DNA of 64,000 nucleotides, taken from an uncultured Oligoflexales bacterium. GTDB lineage: Bacteria > Bdellovibrionota_B > Oligoflexia > Oligoflexales > CAZZCU01. The notes under the pieces are model-generated. The model saw only the letters and a program-made list of their open reading frames with translations, had not been told where the DNA came from and did no database searches. A program made the translations under genes and the position numbers. The DNA is taken from the NCBI GenBank assembly GCA_964652825.1, contig CAZZCU010000001.1, positions 208,167-272,166 on the forward strand, given 5' to 3'. This document shows, one piece after another, positions 27,052 to 36,490 of the stretch; position 1 is the stretch's first letter; every line of letters starts with the position of its first letter.

Positions 27052-29537
27052 AAAATTTCTCGATGATTGTTTTCGTTTCGTGGTGGCTAATGGCAGGCTG
27101 TACCAAGACGACTGATGTTGATTTTCGCATGAGTGTACGTGATAGCCAGGGTCAAATGATTCAGGATGCGCGGGTTAAGATTAATGATGAAGTTATTGGT
27201 ACGACAGGAGCGGATGGTACACTGGCGGTTCAGCTTAAGCTGCAACGTGATGCCCGTTATCGGGTTGAGGTCAGCAAAGTCAGTTCTGATTTCTATTTTG
27301 CACCTTTTTATGACGGTTTCGCGGTGGCGTCCGAAGAAAAATTGCCTTTGAATTTAGAGGCGGTATTGTACGCCGTGCCGAAGCCTTCGCCCGAAGAACA
27401 AGCTGAGTTGGAAGCCAATCAAGCGGTTGCCGAGCCGGCGGTGGCTGCGGCGACTGATCCCGTTGTTTCTACGACTACCAAGACGGCGGAGCCGGATCCG
27501 GTACAACAGCCACCGCTGTCTGTGGCCGATACCGATAAAGTCGAGGAGACAAGTCCGGGAACTTCAACCGATATAGCGTCGCCGACTCCAGCGTCGATCG
27601 TGTCGGCGGCAGATGCGCCGGTCATCGTGACCATTCATGCTTTTGAGGGTCAGCAGCCGCTTAAGGATGTTAGCATCGCCTATGTACATGCGGAGCAAAA
27701 ATTATTTGAGCCGGCATGTAAAACCAATGAACGCGGGCGATGCGTCGTGCGTTTTGCCTCGGCGCCGACAACGCCGGTGAAGTTTGTGGCGCGTGCTTCT
27801 GGTTTTCAGACGCAAGCACAGACTGAAGTTGTTGCACATCAGGGATTGCTGAAATTTGCTATGCAACGAGGCGCTTCCATTGAAGTGATTTCCCAAACAC
27901 GAACTTATAATCGTATCGCTTCCATTGCCGGCATTGGTGTTGAAGTGAATGGCCGGCAGGTGGGTGTAACCGATGAGTTCGGACATTTATTGCTTCCTTA
28001 TCGCGGCAAACGCGCTGACCTGGTACCGATTGTTTTGACCAGCAAGAAAATGTTGCCGGCGAAATATGAGACCGACTTCGTTGTTTCCGGACCAGTGCAA
28101 TTGGTAAAGCATTTCACGGCGAAACGTCCGTTGCCGGCGCGGGTCGCATTGCTTCAGATGCAAACAAGCGGCGATATTCGCAATCGTCAGCTCTATCAAC
28201 CGCGTGATGGTAGCGAGCGTTTGGTTAATAAATCGATCAAAAAATTTGTGATCTTGCGCGGTGGTTTTCAAGAAGTGGCGATTTCAAGCCTGCGCAGTGT
28301 TATTAGGCAAGATCCGGTTCGCATTACGCGGGCGCTTATGCGTGGTTGGGCTGGGACAAAATATAGTTCACAGCTGGATTTCGTTATTTTACCGACACTA
28401 GTGGTTGGTGATCCGATGCTATTGGAAGTTGCGGTTGTTGGGGCGCATGGTCAAGTGGTTGCCGCCGCTGCCGATGTGGTTAATCAAATCAAGGAGCCGG
28501 CTGCCATTGATGAGGCGGTTGCGACGATTGCGGAACGACTCTATGATATTTTCCCTTTTCAGGCGGCGATCATTGCTGCGGATAAAAGTGACGTAGCGAT
28601 GAATGTCGGTGCGGCGCATCGCCTTGGCTTGAAGCCTGGAGATGGAGCCGATGTATTTGGTACGCAGACTGATATCGATGGGCGTACGCAATCGCAGGTA
28701 AAAATCGCCCGCGTCAAAATGAAGAACGTCGATAAAGATCGATCGGTCGCCACTTTGGAAAAGGTGGAGCCGCGTAGTGCGGTTCAGTTGGGCGACACGG
28801 TTATTTTTCGTGCATCGCGTGATCCAATGCCTGCGGCGTCGGAAGTTCGCGTGTATGGATCGTTGCCTAATGGTCGCGCTCGCTCGCTGGCGCAAGCGAA
28901 TGTGTATTTCGGTAATGCGTGGTTGGGTGCGACCGATGTTAATGGTCGTCTGCGAATTGATCGCGATGCCGCTCAACGCGGCAAAAATTCTCTGCGCATT
29001 ATCAAGCCCGGTCACCGTGCTTTTGTTAAAGATGCGGATTTATCTCGCGACAAACGTCAGGAAATAACCGTCGTCAAGGAAAGTGCAGCGGTTGATCTGG
29101 ATGAGGGATTGGAGTCTCTCGAAGCAGTGCTTGACGAAGCTACCGGTGGTGATGAGCGTGTCGAGGAATTCGCTGCCGCCTGTGCAGCGGCATCCCTGGC
29201 GGGTGATCCGGCGCAAGCGCAACAGCGAGTGCGTATTCAGTCGTTCAAAGCCTGGTTTGACATGCGCAACACTCAGTCGGCGCCCTTGTCAGAAGCGGTG
29301 ACTTTGAAAGCTTTTTATCATCTCGCTTATTGTCAGCATCGTCTCTGGGAGGCGAGTAAAGATGTTGTGCTTCTGCCGAATGTTGTCGCGGCCTGGCGTG
29401 ATCTCCAAGAGACACCCTTTCAGACCAGCGACCTCGCGGTGGCGGTTTTGAATCCTGACATGCGGAAGATCGCGCAACAGCTGGCTGGCGATGCTGAGAC
29501 CGCGCTTAATAAAGTACTTAGTTTTCGCGGCAATTAG
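27048..29537 (+). CDS. Large lipoprotein with four CarboxypepD_reg-like beta-sandwich segments
   Basis: The ATG at 27048 forms an ATGA overlap with the upstream stop. Lipobox WWLMAGC. Example segments: SVRDSQGQMIQDARVKINDEVIGTTGADGTLAVQL and VRVYGSLPNGRARSLAQANVYFGNAWLGATDVNGRLRI. Helical C-terminal region. Confidence 0.5.
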   Translation: MKNFSMIVFVSWWLMAGCTKTTDVDFRMSVRDSQGQMIQDARVKINDEVIGTTGADGTLAVQLKLQRDARYRVEVSKVSSDFYFAPFYDGFAVASEEKLPLNLEAVLYAVPKPSPEEQAELEANQAVAEPAVAAATDPVVSTTTKTAEPDPVQQPPLSVADTDKVEETSPGTSTDIASPTPASIVSAADAPVIVTIHAFEGQQPLKDVSIAYVHAEQKLFEPACKTNERGRCVVRFASAPTTPVKFVARASGFQTQAQTEVVAHQGLLKFAMQRGASIEVISQTRTYNRIASIAGIGVEVNGRQVGVTDEFGHLLLPYRGKRADLVPIVLTSKKMLPAKYETDFVVSGPVQLVKHFTAKRPLPARVALLQMQTSGDIRNRQLYQPRDGSERLVNKSIKKFVILRGGFQEVAISSLRSVIRQDPVRITRALMRGWAGTKYSSQLDFVILPTLVVGDPMLLEVAVVGAHGQVVAAAADVVNQIKEPAAIDEAVATIAERLYDIFPFQAAIIAADKSDVAMNVGAAHRLGLKPGDGADVFGTQTDIDGRTQSQVKIARVKMKNVDKDRSVATLEKVEPRSAVQLGDTVIFRASRDPMPAASEVRVYGSLPNGRARSLAQANVYFGNAWLGATDVNGRLRIDRDAAQRGKNSLRIIKPGHRAFVKDADLSRDKRQEITVVKESAAVDLDEGLESLEAVLDEATGGDERVEEFAAACAAASLAGDPAQAQQRVRIQSFKAWFDMRNTQSAPLSEAVTLKAFYHLAYCQHRLWEASKDVVLLPNVVAAWRDLQETPFQTSDLAVAVLNPDMRKIAQQLAGDAETALNKVLSFRGN

Positions 29538-29546
29538 AAAGGTGGA

Positions 29547-30431
29547 ATGATGAGCCAACCTGCGCCTGAAGAAAAACAGGAAAAAAAGGAAGAAAAGAAA
29601 AAGAGTGGTGGCACTTTTAAGATCGGTGAATTTTTACAGTCGCCGAAGAAGAAGCGCAGACAATTTATTCAGCTGGCGGTCAGTGAGGGTATGGATCGGG
29701 ATTTAGTTGCCGCCATACAAAATTTTTTGCGCAAACAGTTCCCCTCTCTGGGTGTCAGTGCTCCCGCCAATATGAGTGAACTTAAGCGCCAGTCCGGCCG
29801 TAATATTGTTTTGTTGGTTATTGATGATGAGTTTGCTCCTTTGCCGGAAGTGTTAGGCGGCGTACAGGCTTTAAAATCGCGCAAGGCTGATCAGGCCACG
29901 CCCGTATTGTTTTTAACTCGTAAACCGGAAGAATTGGTCGCGGCTTACCATGAGGTGTTGCTGCCGTATCAGGAAAGCGACGATTTTATTAACTACACCG
30001 GCGTGACGACTGATCAGATTTTGAGCCGCATTAAGCTGGGTTTGGAATTAAAAGGTCGGCGGCGAAGTCGACGTTATAAAGTTAATATGCCGATCAGTTG
30101 CTTTCATCTGACACAAAATGTTTCGGTGCCTGTAGCTATCGTGGATATGAGCGTGCACGGCGCCTTGTTGCGAGCATCCGAGGGCGTGCGTTTTCGTTTG
30201 GGCGATCAACTGCGCTTAAGTATTCCTGTATCAAATTATTTGACTGGTCACGGCGATTTCCTGAAAGTTTCGGCAAAAGTCCGGCGCGTATTTATTTCAG
30301 GTGATTTAGTTGGCGTCAGTTTTGAGTATGTTTCGGATCATTTGTCGTTGCAGTTGTCGCAATTTGTCGTTTCGTTGGTGAACAGTCAACTTTCTCGATC
30401 CGGTACCCCGACGACAACAAAGCGTGTTTAA
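29547..30431 (+). CDS. PilZ-domain c-di-GMP receptor with N-terminal receiver-like domain
   Basis: PilZ motifs RRRSRR (RxxxR) and DMSVHGA (DxSxxG). Upstream receiver-like segment IVLLVIDDEF...PVLFLT without the N-terminal acidic pair. Lys/Glu-rich N-terminus. Confidence 0.7.
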   Translation: MMSQPAPEEKQEKKEEKKKSGGTFKIGEFLQSPKKKRRQFIQLAVSEGMDRDLVAAIQNFLRKQFPSLGVSAPANMSELKRQSGRNIVLLVIDDEFAPLPEVLGGVQALKSRKADQATPVLFLTRKPEELVAAYHEVLLPYQESDDFINYTGVTTDQILSRIKLGLELKGRRRSRRYKVNMPISCFHLTQNVSVPVAIVDMSVHGALLRASEGVRFRLGDQLRLSIPVSNYLTGHGDFLKVSAKVRRVFISGDLVGVSFEYVSDHLSLQLSQFVVSLVNSQLSRSGTPTTTKRV

Positions 30432-30436
30432 TCCGA

Positions 30437-31204
30437 TTAACGAGAATCTGTTTTTTTCTTCGCGGGAGATTTTCTGCGCGGTTTTTTTGGACGATAAGCA
30501 ATTGCTTTGGCCATCAGTTTTTGCATCCGTTCCACTAACAAGGCATGAAATTCCTGCAATTGCCGCTCGTATTCCTCGGGATCTGAGCTCGGTTGGGGCG
30601 GCATAATTGGTTCATCAACAAAATGCCGTAGTTTCACCGGTCGGGGTATTGGACTCAAACCAATGCCTCGTGCGAGAGCAAATGGCACGCGAAGATTTTT
30701 ATACATCCATTTGGTCAACGGATTAGGATAAAGCTCAAAGATGTCATCCGCTTTTGGACATGCTGCCAGTACGACCGGCGCTCCTGCCTGCATGGCAACT
30801 CTGGCAAATCCCAAACGATTGTCCCAGAGAACCTGATAACGTTCGGTCGATGGTCGTAACGCTTCGCGCATGCCGCCGGGCGCTACACAGATCATATGTC
30901 CCTGACACAGCAGATCCTGAGCAGCCGTGGGCGAGCCCTCGGTTGCGCCTAATTCGGTCATTAATTCGCCGATGCCGGGGACTCTAAAAAACAATCGATC
31001 GATCAGCGGTCGTGTTATTCGTTTTTTTTCCAGATACACGGCGGCAAATAACAGCAAGATATCGTAAGTGGCGAAGCTGTGATTTACCGCCACCAATGCC
31101 GGCCCTTCGCTCGGAATGTTCTCCATGCCGATAACTTCATGCTGGTGATATAGCCTCACCGCCTGCACGGCCGCTGCCAATTTGTCAGCAATTTCTTCAA
31201 TCAT
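30437..31204 (-). CDS. Lysophospholipid/1-acyl-glycerol-3-phosphate acyltransferase family protein
   Basis: Acyltransferase block VAVNHSFATYD (HXnD-like) and block III-like VAPGGMRE. About 250 aa. Confidence 0.65.
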   Translation of the reverse strand: MIEEIADKLAAAVQAVRLYHQHEVIGMENIPSEGPALVAVNHSFATYDILLLFAAVYLEKKRITRPLIDRLFFRVPGIGELMTELGATEGSPTAAQDLLCQGHMICVAPGGMREALRPSTERYQVLWDNRLGFARVAMQAGAPVVLAACPKADDIFELYPNPLTKWMYKNLRVPFALARGIGLSPIPRPVKLRHFVDEPIMPPQPSSDPEEYERQLQEFHALLVERMQKLMAKAIAYRPKKPRRKSPAKKKTDSR

Positions 31205-31242
31205 GTCATGTATTTCGGTCGACAGAGGCTGAAAATTGAATT

Positions 31243-33285
31243 TTGCTCGCGGGAACTGACTTTAACGATTGTAATAAATGGCTATTTTCACTAGTTTTAC
31301 TGGGTCTTTTGATCCAAAAAGGAAGCCTCTTGTCTTTGAAGCAACGCATTGGTTTGTTGGTACACAAAACCGGTTTGCTGACGCCGCCGTTTCATCTGAC
31401 TTATTATCGTTGGATTCGTTTGGCGATTTTGATCGCCATGGATCTCCTAATCGTCGCAGTTTGTTATTGGTTGGCCTTTCTCCTGCGCCTCGACAAAATC
31501 TGGCTTGGTAGTACGTATCGAATAGTATTCATGGAATCGCTACCCGTTCTCCTCCTCACCGCGGTTCCGATCTTTTTCTTTACCGGAATGTATCGACAGG
31601 TATGGCGCTACGCTAATTTCCATAGCGCCATCATGGTGGCCAAATCAACCTTGGCGTTGGTGTTGGTGTTCAGCTCGCTTGTATTTATGATGCGTTGGAC
31701 TTTATCGCCGCCGCGGTCCGTGCCGATTATTTTCTGGTTGTTGTGTACATTGATGCTGGTAGCCGCACGTTTTTCTTGGCGGATGTGGGCGTCGTTTCAG
31801 GCGACCATAGATGCTGTTAATAAAGAACGATGCTTGATTTATGGTGCTGGTGCCGCTGGTGAGTTGTTTGCGCGGCATATTACCGCCAATCCCCGTTTCC
31901 CCTATCGCGCTATGGGCTTTATTGACGACGATGCCAATAAAGTCGGTCGGATTTTGCATGGGATTCGTATCGAAGGTACTGGCAAACGTCTGCCGGAGAT
32001 CGCCGACAAGCATGGTGCCAAATTTGTCATTATTGCTTTGCACACCGCGCCTGGCCGAGTCATGCGTGAGATTGTCGAAGCCTGTCATGCCCATGGACTT
32101 AAGCCATTAGTGATGCCTGATATGGCGACCTCACTTGGCGAGGACGTGTTTACGCCACGGGCGGTGGATATTGGGGATCTATTGTGTCGCAATCCGCGCT
32201 CCCAGATCCCGGCGGGAGTGGCGACCTTTTTTGCGGGTAAAAGCGTGCTTGTCTCGGGTGCAGGTGGTTCGATCGGTTCAGAAATATGTCGGCAGATTTT
32301 GGGTGCGCGTCCGCGTCGACTGGTATTGCTCGATGTTGGTGAATTTAATCTCTATCAGATTGAAATGGAATTGCAGGAGCTCGAGGTCGCTGGCGTCGAG
32401 ATTTGCCCTGTCTTGGGTTCGGTAACCAATGAACGTTTAATGGATTCGGTATTTACCAAGTATAAGCCGCAGTTGGTTTTGCATGCTGCAGCTTATAAGC
32501 ACGTGCCGTTGATCGAAACAAATCCGGTCGAAGGTATTCGCAATAACTTACTCGGCACTAAAGTTTTGGCGCAAACAGCGATGCGTCATCGTGTCGAACG
32601 GTTTTTGCTGGTGAGTTCAGACAAAGCTGTTCGCCCAACCAATATTATGGGTGCAACGAAGCGTGCATGTGAGCTGTATATTCAATCGTTACAGGAATTG
32701 AACGAGAACGCTGCGGGTTTTGCCGCGGTGCGTTTTGGTAATGTGCTCGGTAGCTCGGGCAGCGTTGTCCCGCGTTTCATGCGCCAGATTCAAAATGGTG
32801 GACCCGTGACGGTGACGCATCCTGAAGTTACCCGTTACTTCATGCTGACTGCCGAGGCAGTAAGTTTGGTGCTGCAGGCTATGGCGTTGTCCAAGGGCGG
32901 TGAGACTTTCGTTTTGAATATGGGTGAGCCGATCAGGATTTACGATATGGCAAAACAGTTGATTTTGCTGGCCGGCAAGCAGCCCGATACTGATATCGAA
33001 ATTGTTTTCACTGGTCTGCGTCCTGGCGAAAAACTCTATGAAGAATTAATTCTGGAAGGCACGGAGAGACACACCGTACATGGGGATTTATTTGTCGCGG
33101 TGTCGGAACACTTGGATGCTGAGCGCGTGCTGACGGATGTGGATGCCTTGTTGGAATCTGTTGCCAAGAAGAGTGACGTCCAGCAGAGCATTGCCGAACT
33201 ATGGCGTTTGATCTCATGGCAACCTACGCCTCCGGATGATGATACTGCCGATAATATATTGACGACACCTATGACAATACATTGA
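31243..33285 (+). CDS. Membrane-bound nucleotide-sugar 4,6-dehydratase (CapD/PglF/WbpM family)
   Basis: N-terminal TM helices and two Rossmann motifs (IYGAGAAGE, VSGAGGSIGSE). AAYKHVP carries the catalytic YxxxK. Start codon uncertain (several in-frame TTG). Confidence 0.85.
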   Translation: MLAGTDFNDCNKWLFSLVLLGLLIQKGSLLSLKQRIGLLVHKTGLLTPPFHLTYYRWIRLAILIAMDLLIVAVCYWLAFLLRLDKIWLGSTYRIVFMESLPVLLLTAVPIFFFTGMYRQVWRYANFHSAIMVAKSTLALVLVFSSLVFMMRWTLSPPRSVPIIFWLLCTLMLVAARFSWRMWASFQATIDAVNKERCLIYGAGAAGELFARHITANPRFPYRAMGFIDDDANKVGRILHGIRIEGTGKRLPEIADKHGAKFVIIALHTAPGRVMREIVEACHAHGLKPLVMPDMATSLGEDVFTPRAVDIGDLLCRNPRSQIPAGVATFFAGKSVLVSGAGGSIGSEICRQILGARPRRLVLLDVGEFNLYQIEMELQELEVAGVEICPVLGSVTNERLMDSVFTKYKPQLVLHAAAYKHVPLIETNPVEGIRNNLLGTKVLAQTAMRHRVERFLLVSSDKAVRPTNIMGATKRACELYIQSLQELNENAAGFAAVRFGNVLGSSGSVVPRFMRQIQNGGPVTVTHPEVTRYFMLTAEAVSLVLQAMALSKGGETFVLNMGEPIRIYDMAKQLILLAGKQPDTDIEIVFTGLRPGEKLYEELILEGTERHTVHGDLFVAVSEHLDAERVLTDVDALLESVAKKSDVQQSIAELWRLISWQPTPPDDDTADNILTTPMTIH

Positions 33286-33292
33286 TTGCGAC

Positions 33293-34297
33293 ATGACTTT
33301 TGGTGCGGTTATTTCTGCGTATGTCTTTTTATGCTCCGCTGTCTTAACGGCGGTATTTATTTTCCCTTATCGTTGGTGGGCTTTACGCATTGGCATGCTT
33401 GCCGTTCCCAATGCCCGCTCGGCGCATTCGTTGCCGACACCGAGTGGGGCGGGTGTCATCATGGTATTCGTGTCACTGATGATTTTCGCGTATTTGACGA
33501 CAGAAGAAATCATCGGGACTAGTCTATGGTGGTTGGTGTGGCCTGGTGCGCTTATCACTGCGGCGATTGGCTTTATTGATGATCGGTATCCTTTGTCTGC
33601 CAAGTATCGGGCTATCGTGCATCTGATTGCCGGCGTTATATTTGTTGCTGCAATACCGGATCTGGCCATCTGGATGTTACCGTTATTGACAGTGGTGGTT
33701 GCCTGGTCCCTGAATTTATTTAATTTCATGGATGGTGCCGATGGCCTGGCAGGTAGCGAAAGTGTCTATGTGCTCGGCATTGGGGGTTTTTTTTGCTGGT
33801 ATGGTGGCGAACAGAATCTGGCAATTTTAGCGTGGATTCTGGCAGGTTCAAGTCTTGGCTTCTTAGCTTGGAATCGTCCGAAAGCCAAAATTTTCATGGG
33901 TGATGTCGGCAGTGGCTTTCTGGGTTATATGATTGCGGCCATTGCCATACTTAGCGTGATAAGAGGCGGCATTTCGCCGTTGGTTTGGCTGATCTTGTAT
34001 GGTTTTTTTTGGTTCGATACCTCGTTGACACTGATACGTCGTGTCTGGCGTGGCGAAAAATGGTACTTGGCCCATCGCTCACATGCTTATCAGCGTCTAT
34101 TGCATGCGGGTGGATTTTCGCATCGCAGGTTATTAGGCTGTTCATTGGCCCTAAACGCGATATTGGCTGGTTTGGCGGTTTGGGGCTTTTGGTTTCCTGC
34201 CAGATTGCCGGTTGCTTTTAGCATAAGCCTGGGCCTGCTTGCGGGGATCTATTATTTTATTGAGCGACGGTATCCCATACAGCCTGATATCCCCTAG
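33293..34297 (+). CDS. Polyprenyl-phosphate N-acetylhexosamine-1-phosphate transferase (GT4, WecA/WbpL family)
   Basis: Polytopic membrane protein with the IDDRYPL and NFMDGADGLAG motifs of the MraY/WecA superfamily. Confidence 0.85.
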   Translation: MTFGAVISAYVFLCSAVLTAVFIFPYRWWALRIGMLAVPNARSAHSLPTPSGAGVIMVFVSLMIFAYLTTEEIIGTSLWWLVWPGALITAAIGFIDDRYPLSAKYRAIVHLIAGVIFVAAIPDLAIWMLPLLTVVVAWSLNLFNFMDGADGLAGSESVYVLGIGGFFCWYGGEQNLAILAWILAGSSLGFLAWNRPKAKIFMGDVGSGFLGYMIAAIAILSVIRGGISPLVWLILYGFFWFDTSLTLIRRVWRGEKWYLAHRSHAYQRLLHAGGFSHRRLLGCSLALNAILAGLAVWGFWFPARLPVAFSISLGLLAGIYYFIERRYPIQPDIP

Positions 34298-34379
34298 GGC
34301 TCTAGCGATTTGAGGTTGCCATGCCAGTTGGCATTTACTATCTTGCCGTCATTGACAGAAATCGACATGGAGTCATCCG

Positions 34380-35378
34380 ATGGATGGACTAAGAAATTCC
34401 GACAAGATCTTCGTTGCTGGTCATCGTGGTCTCGTTGGTGGGGCGATTGTCAATTCCCTCCGCCGCAGTGGCTTTAATAATATCCTCGCGCGTACACGCG
34501 ACGAGCTTGATTTGACCAATACCGAGAAGGTCCAGGCTTTTTTTAAACAAGAAAATCCGGATGTAGTTATCATTGCCGCTGCACGGGTGGGCGGTATTCA
34601 CGCCAATAATACTTATCGCGCCGATTTTATTTACGATAACTTGCAGATCCAAACTAATTTGATTTGGGGTGCACACCTGAATGATGTGCGACGGGTATGT
34701 TTTCTCGGAAGCAGTTGTATCTATCCGCGCTTGGCGCCACAGCCGATGCCTGAGAACTGCTTGTTAACGTCAGAATTGGAATACACCAATCGCCCTTACG
34801 CATTGGCTAAAATCGCCGGACTTGAATTAGTCAGCACTTTGCGCCAGCAGTATCAGCGCGATTATTTCTCTGTCATGCCGACCAACTTGTACGGTCCCGG
34901 TGATAATTTCCATCCTCAAAACGCTCATGTTCTCCCCGCGCTGATCTTGCGCTTTTGGGAAGCCAGAGAGAAAAATGCGCCGCAAGTAGTGATTTGGGGT
35001 TCTGGTAAACCATTTCGTGAATTCATGTATGTTGATGATTGCGCGGATGCAATTGTTCATTTGTTGCGAGTGACCAATCAGAAGACCTTTGATAATACGC
35101 CGGTTGGTAAACTCGGTTGGTCGCATGTAAACGTTGGTACAGGTCAGGAAATTAGCATTGCCGAAGTTGCTCAGGCCGTGGCGGCGGCGGTGGGATATAA
35201 GGGTGAGATCGTTCAGGATACAAGTATGCCGGACGGTACTCCCCGCAAACTATTGGATACATCCTTTTTGCGCAGTTTAGGCTGGCAGCCGAAAACAACT
35301 TTGCAAGAAGGTTTGGCTAAAACTGTGGCTTGGTTTGCGGATGTTTATAAATCCAATCCCAAGCTGCTAAGAAAATAG
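34380..35378 (+). CDS. fcl: GDP-L-fucose synthase
   Basis: IFVAGHRGLVGGAI Rossmann motif, GSSCIYP and YALAKIAG (YxxxK). Length and pattern are typical of Fcl/WcaG. Confidence 0.9.
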   Translation: MDGLRNSDKIFVAGHRGLVGGAIVNSLRRSGFNNILARTRDELDLTNTEKVQAFFKQENPDVVIIAAARVGGIHANNTYRADFIYDNLQIQTNLIWGAHLNDVRRVCFLGSSCIYPRLAPQPMPENCLLTSELEYTNRPYALAKIAGLELVSTLRQQYQRDYFSVMPTNLYGPGDNFHPQNAHVLPALILRFWEAREKNAPQVVIWGSGKPFREFMYVDDCADAIVHLLRVTNQKTFDNTPVGKLGWSHVNVGTGQEISIAEVAQAVAAAVGYKGEIVQDTSMPDGTPRKLLDTSFLRSLGWQPKTTLQEGLAKTVAWFADVYKSNPKLLRK

Positions 35379-35403
35379 TGATTTTGAAAAGTAAAAGCGT
35401 GCA

Positions 35404-36483
35404 ATGAAAGTTTTAGTTGTCGCAGGATCCAATGGTGTTGACCACTGCCAAAGAGTGTTCGCCATCTTTGCGCGTTTGATGTTGCGAATTCCTTCGTTAC
35501 AAGTTCATTTAGTTTGTGAACGCTGGCAACTCGAACAAATCACTAAAGTCATGAAGCTGCCGCCATCCTTAAGTTCCCGCTTTACTTTTGTACATGATCT
35601 GCTTTCTCCTGGTGTTGATTGGGAGACAAATGCCGAAGTTTTTCAGGACGGTCGTTTGTTGGCGTGGGAAGAGCGCTTGCTGCCGGTTCTTGATAGCGAG
35701 CGATTTCATGCAGTGTTTTCCGACAATTTAGCCGGTATTTTGCGTTATCGGCCGGATACAATTTTGCTCGGTAATTTTTTGTGGTCGGATGTTTTTGAGG
35801 CGGCGTTTCCCGAAGATACAACTGTGCAGGAATTTGTGCGCCGCGAACGAGATCTATTGCGTAAAGTGCGTCCGTTTTTGCTTTGTTCCAGCGAGTTCAC
35901 CATGCCGGCGATGCTACACAAGACACAAGCCATTCGTTGTGGATTGATGGTGGATCATTTTATGCCAAAATTGCGGGATACCGTGCCTGGACAGCGTTTG
36001 AGCGTGGCAATCTTGTCCGCCCGCGACGTCGTCGATGACGATGTGCTCGCGGATATTTCGCATTCGATTGCCAAACGCGCGGATTGGGACGTGTATGTGG
36101 AACAAGCGGTTTATGACGCAATGGAAACAAAATTGGATTGCATAAAAGTTTTCGGGGGTCTGCCGCAGGACTATACTAATTTAGATGCTGTTATTGCTCC
36201 GCCGCAGTTTTCGATTTTAAATGAATGTTTGGTGATAGGCATACCTTTGTTAGCCTATTATCCCCCAAAGCATATTGAAAAAGCGCATTTAGCCGCCAAG
36301 TTGCAACAGCTCAAGTTGGGCGGTGACTTGGGTTCGGCCATTAGCGTTATGCCGGTGATTGATGCCGTGCGTAATCTAACGTCCGAACGTGCGCAAAAGG
36401 ACTACGCAGTCGCCCGACAAAAAGTGAACGCTAATGGTTACGATGAAGCGGTCACCTGGATCGAAAAAAGATTAAATTCCTGA
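35404..36483 (+). CDS. Hypothetical GT-B-like glycosyltransferase
   Basis: The C-terminal segment DAVIAPPQFSILNECLVIGIPLLAYYPP...AAKLQQLKLG resembles the donor-binding half of MurG/GT28-type enzymes. The N-terminal half is unrecognisable. Lies within the polysaccharide locus. Confidence 0.4.
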   Translation: MKVLVVAGSNGVDHCQRVFAIFARLMLRIPSLQVHLVCERWQLEQITKVMKLPPSLSSRFTFVHDLLSPGVDWETNAEVFQDGRLLAWEERLLPVLDSERFHAVFSDNLAGILRYRPDTILLGNFLWSDVFEAAFPEDTTVQEFVRRERDLLRKVRPFLLCSSEFTMPAMLHKTQAIRCGLMVDHFMPKLRDTVPGQRLSVAILSARDVVDDDVLADISHSIAKRADWDVYVEQAVYDAMETKLDCIKVFGGLPQDYTNLDAVIAPPQFSILNECLVIGIPLLAYYPPKHIEKAHLAAKLQQLKLGGDLGSAISVMPVIDAVRNLTSERAQKDYAVARQKVNANGYDEAVTWIEKRLNS

Positions 36484-36490
36484 ATTTGAA

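Noticed and set aside
29568-29613. A purine-rich run (GAAGAAAAACAGGAAAAAAAGGAAGAAAAGAAAAAGAG), considered as a possible repeat or regulatory tract.
   Set aside because: It lies in frame within the PilZ gene and simply encodes the Lys/Glu-rich N-terminus.
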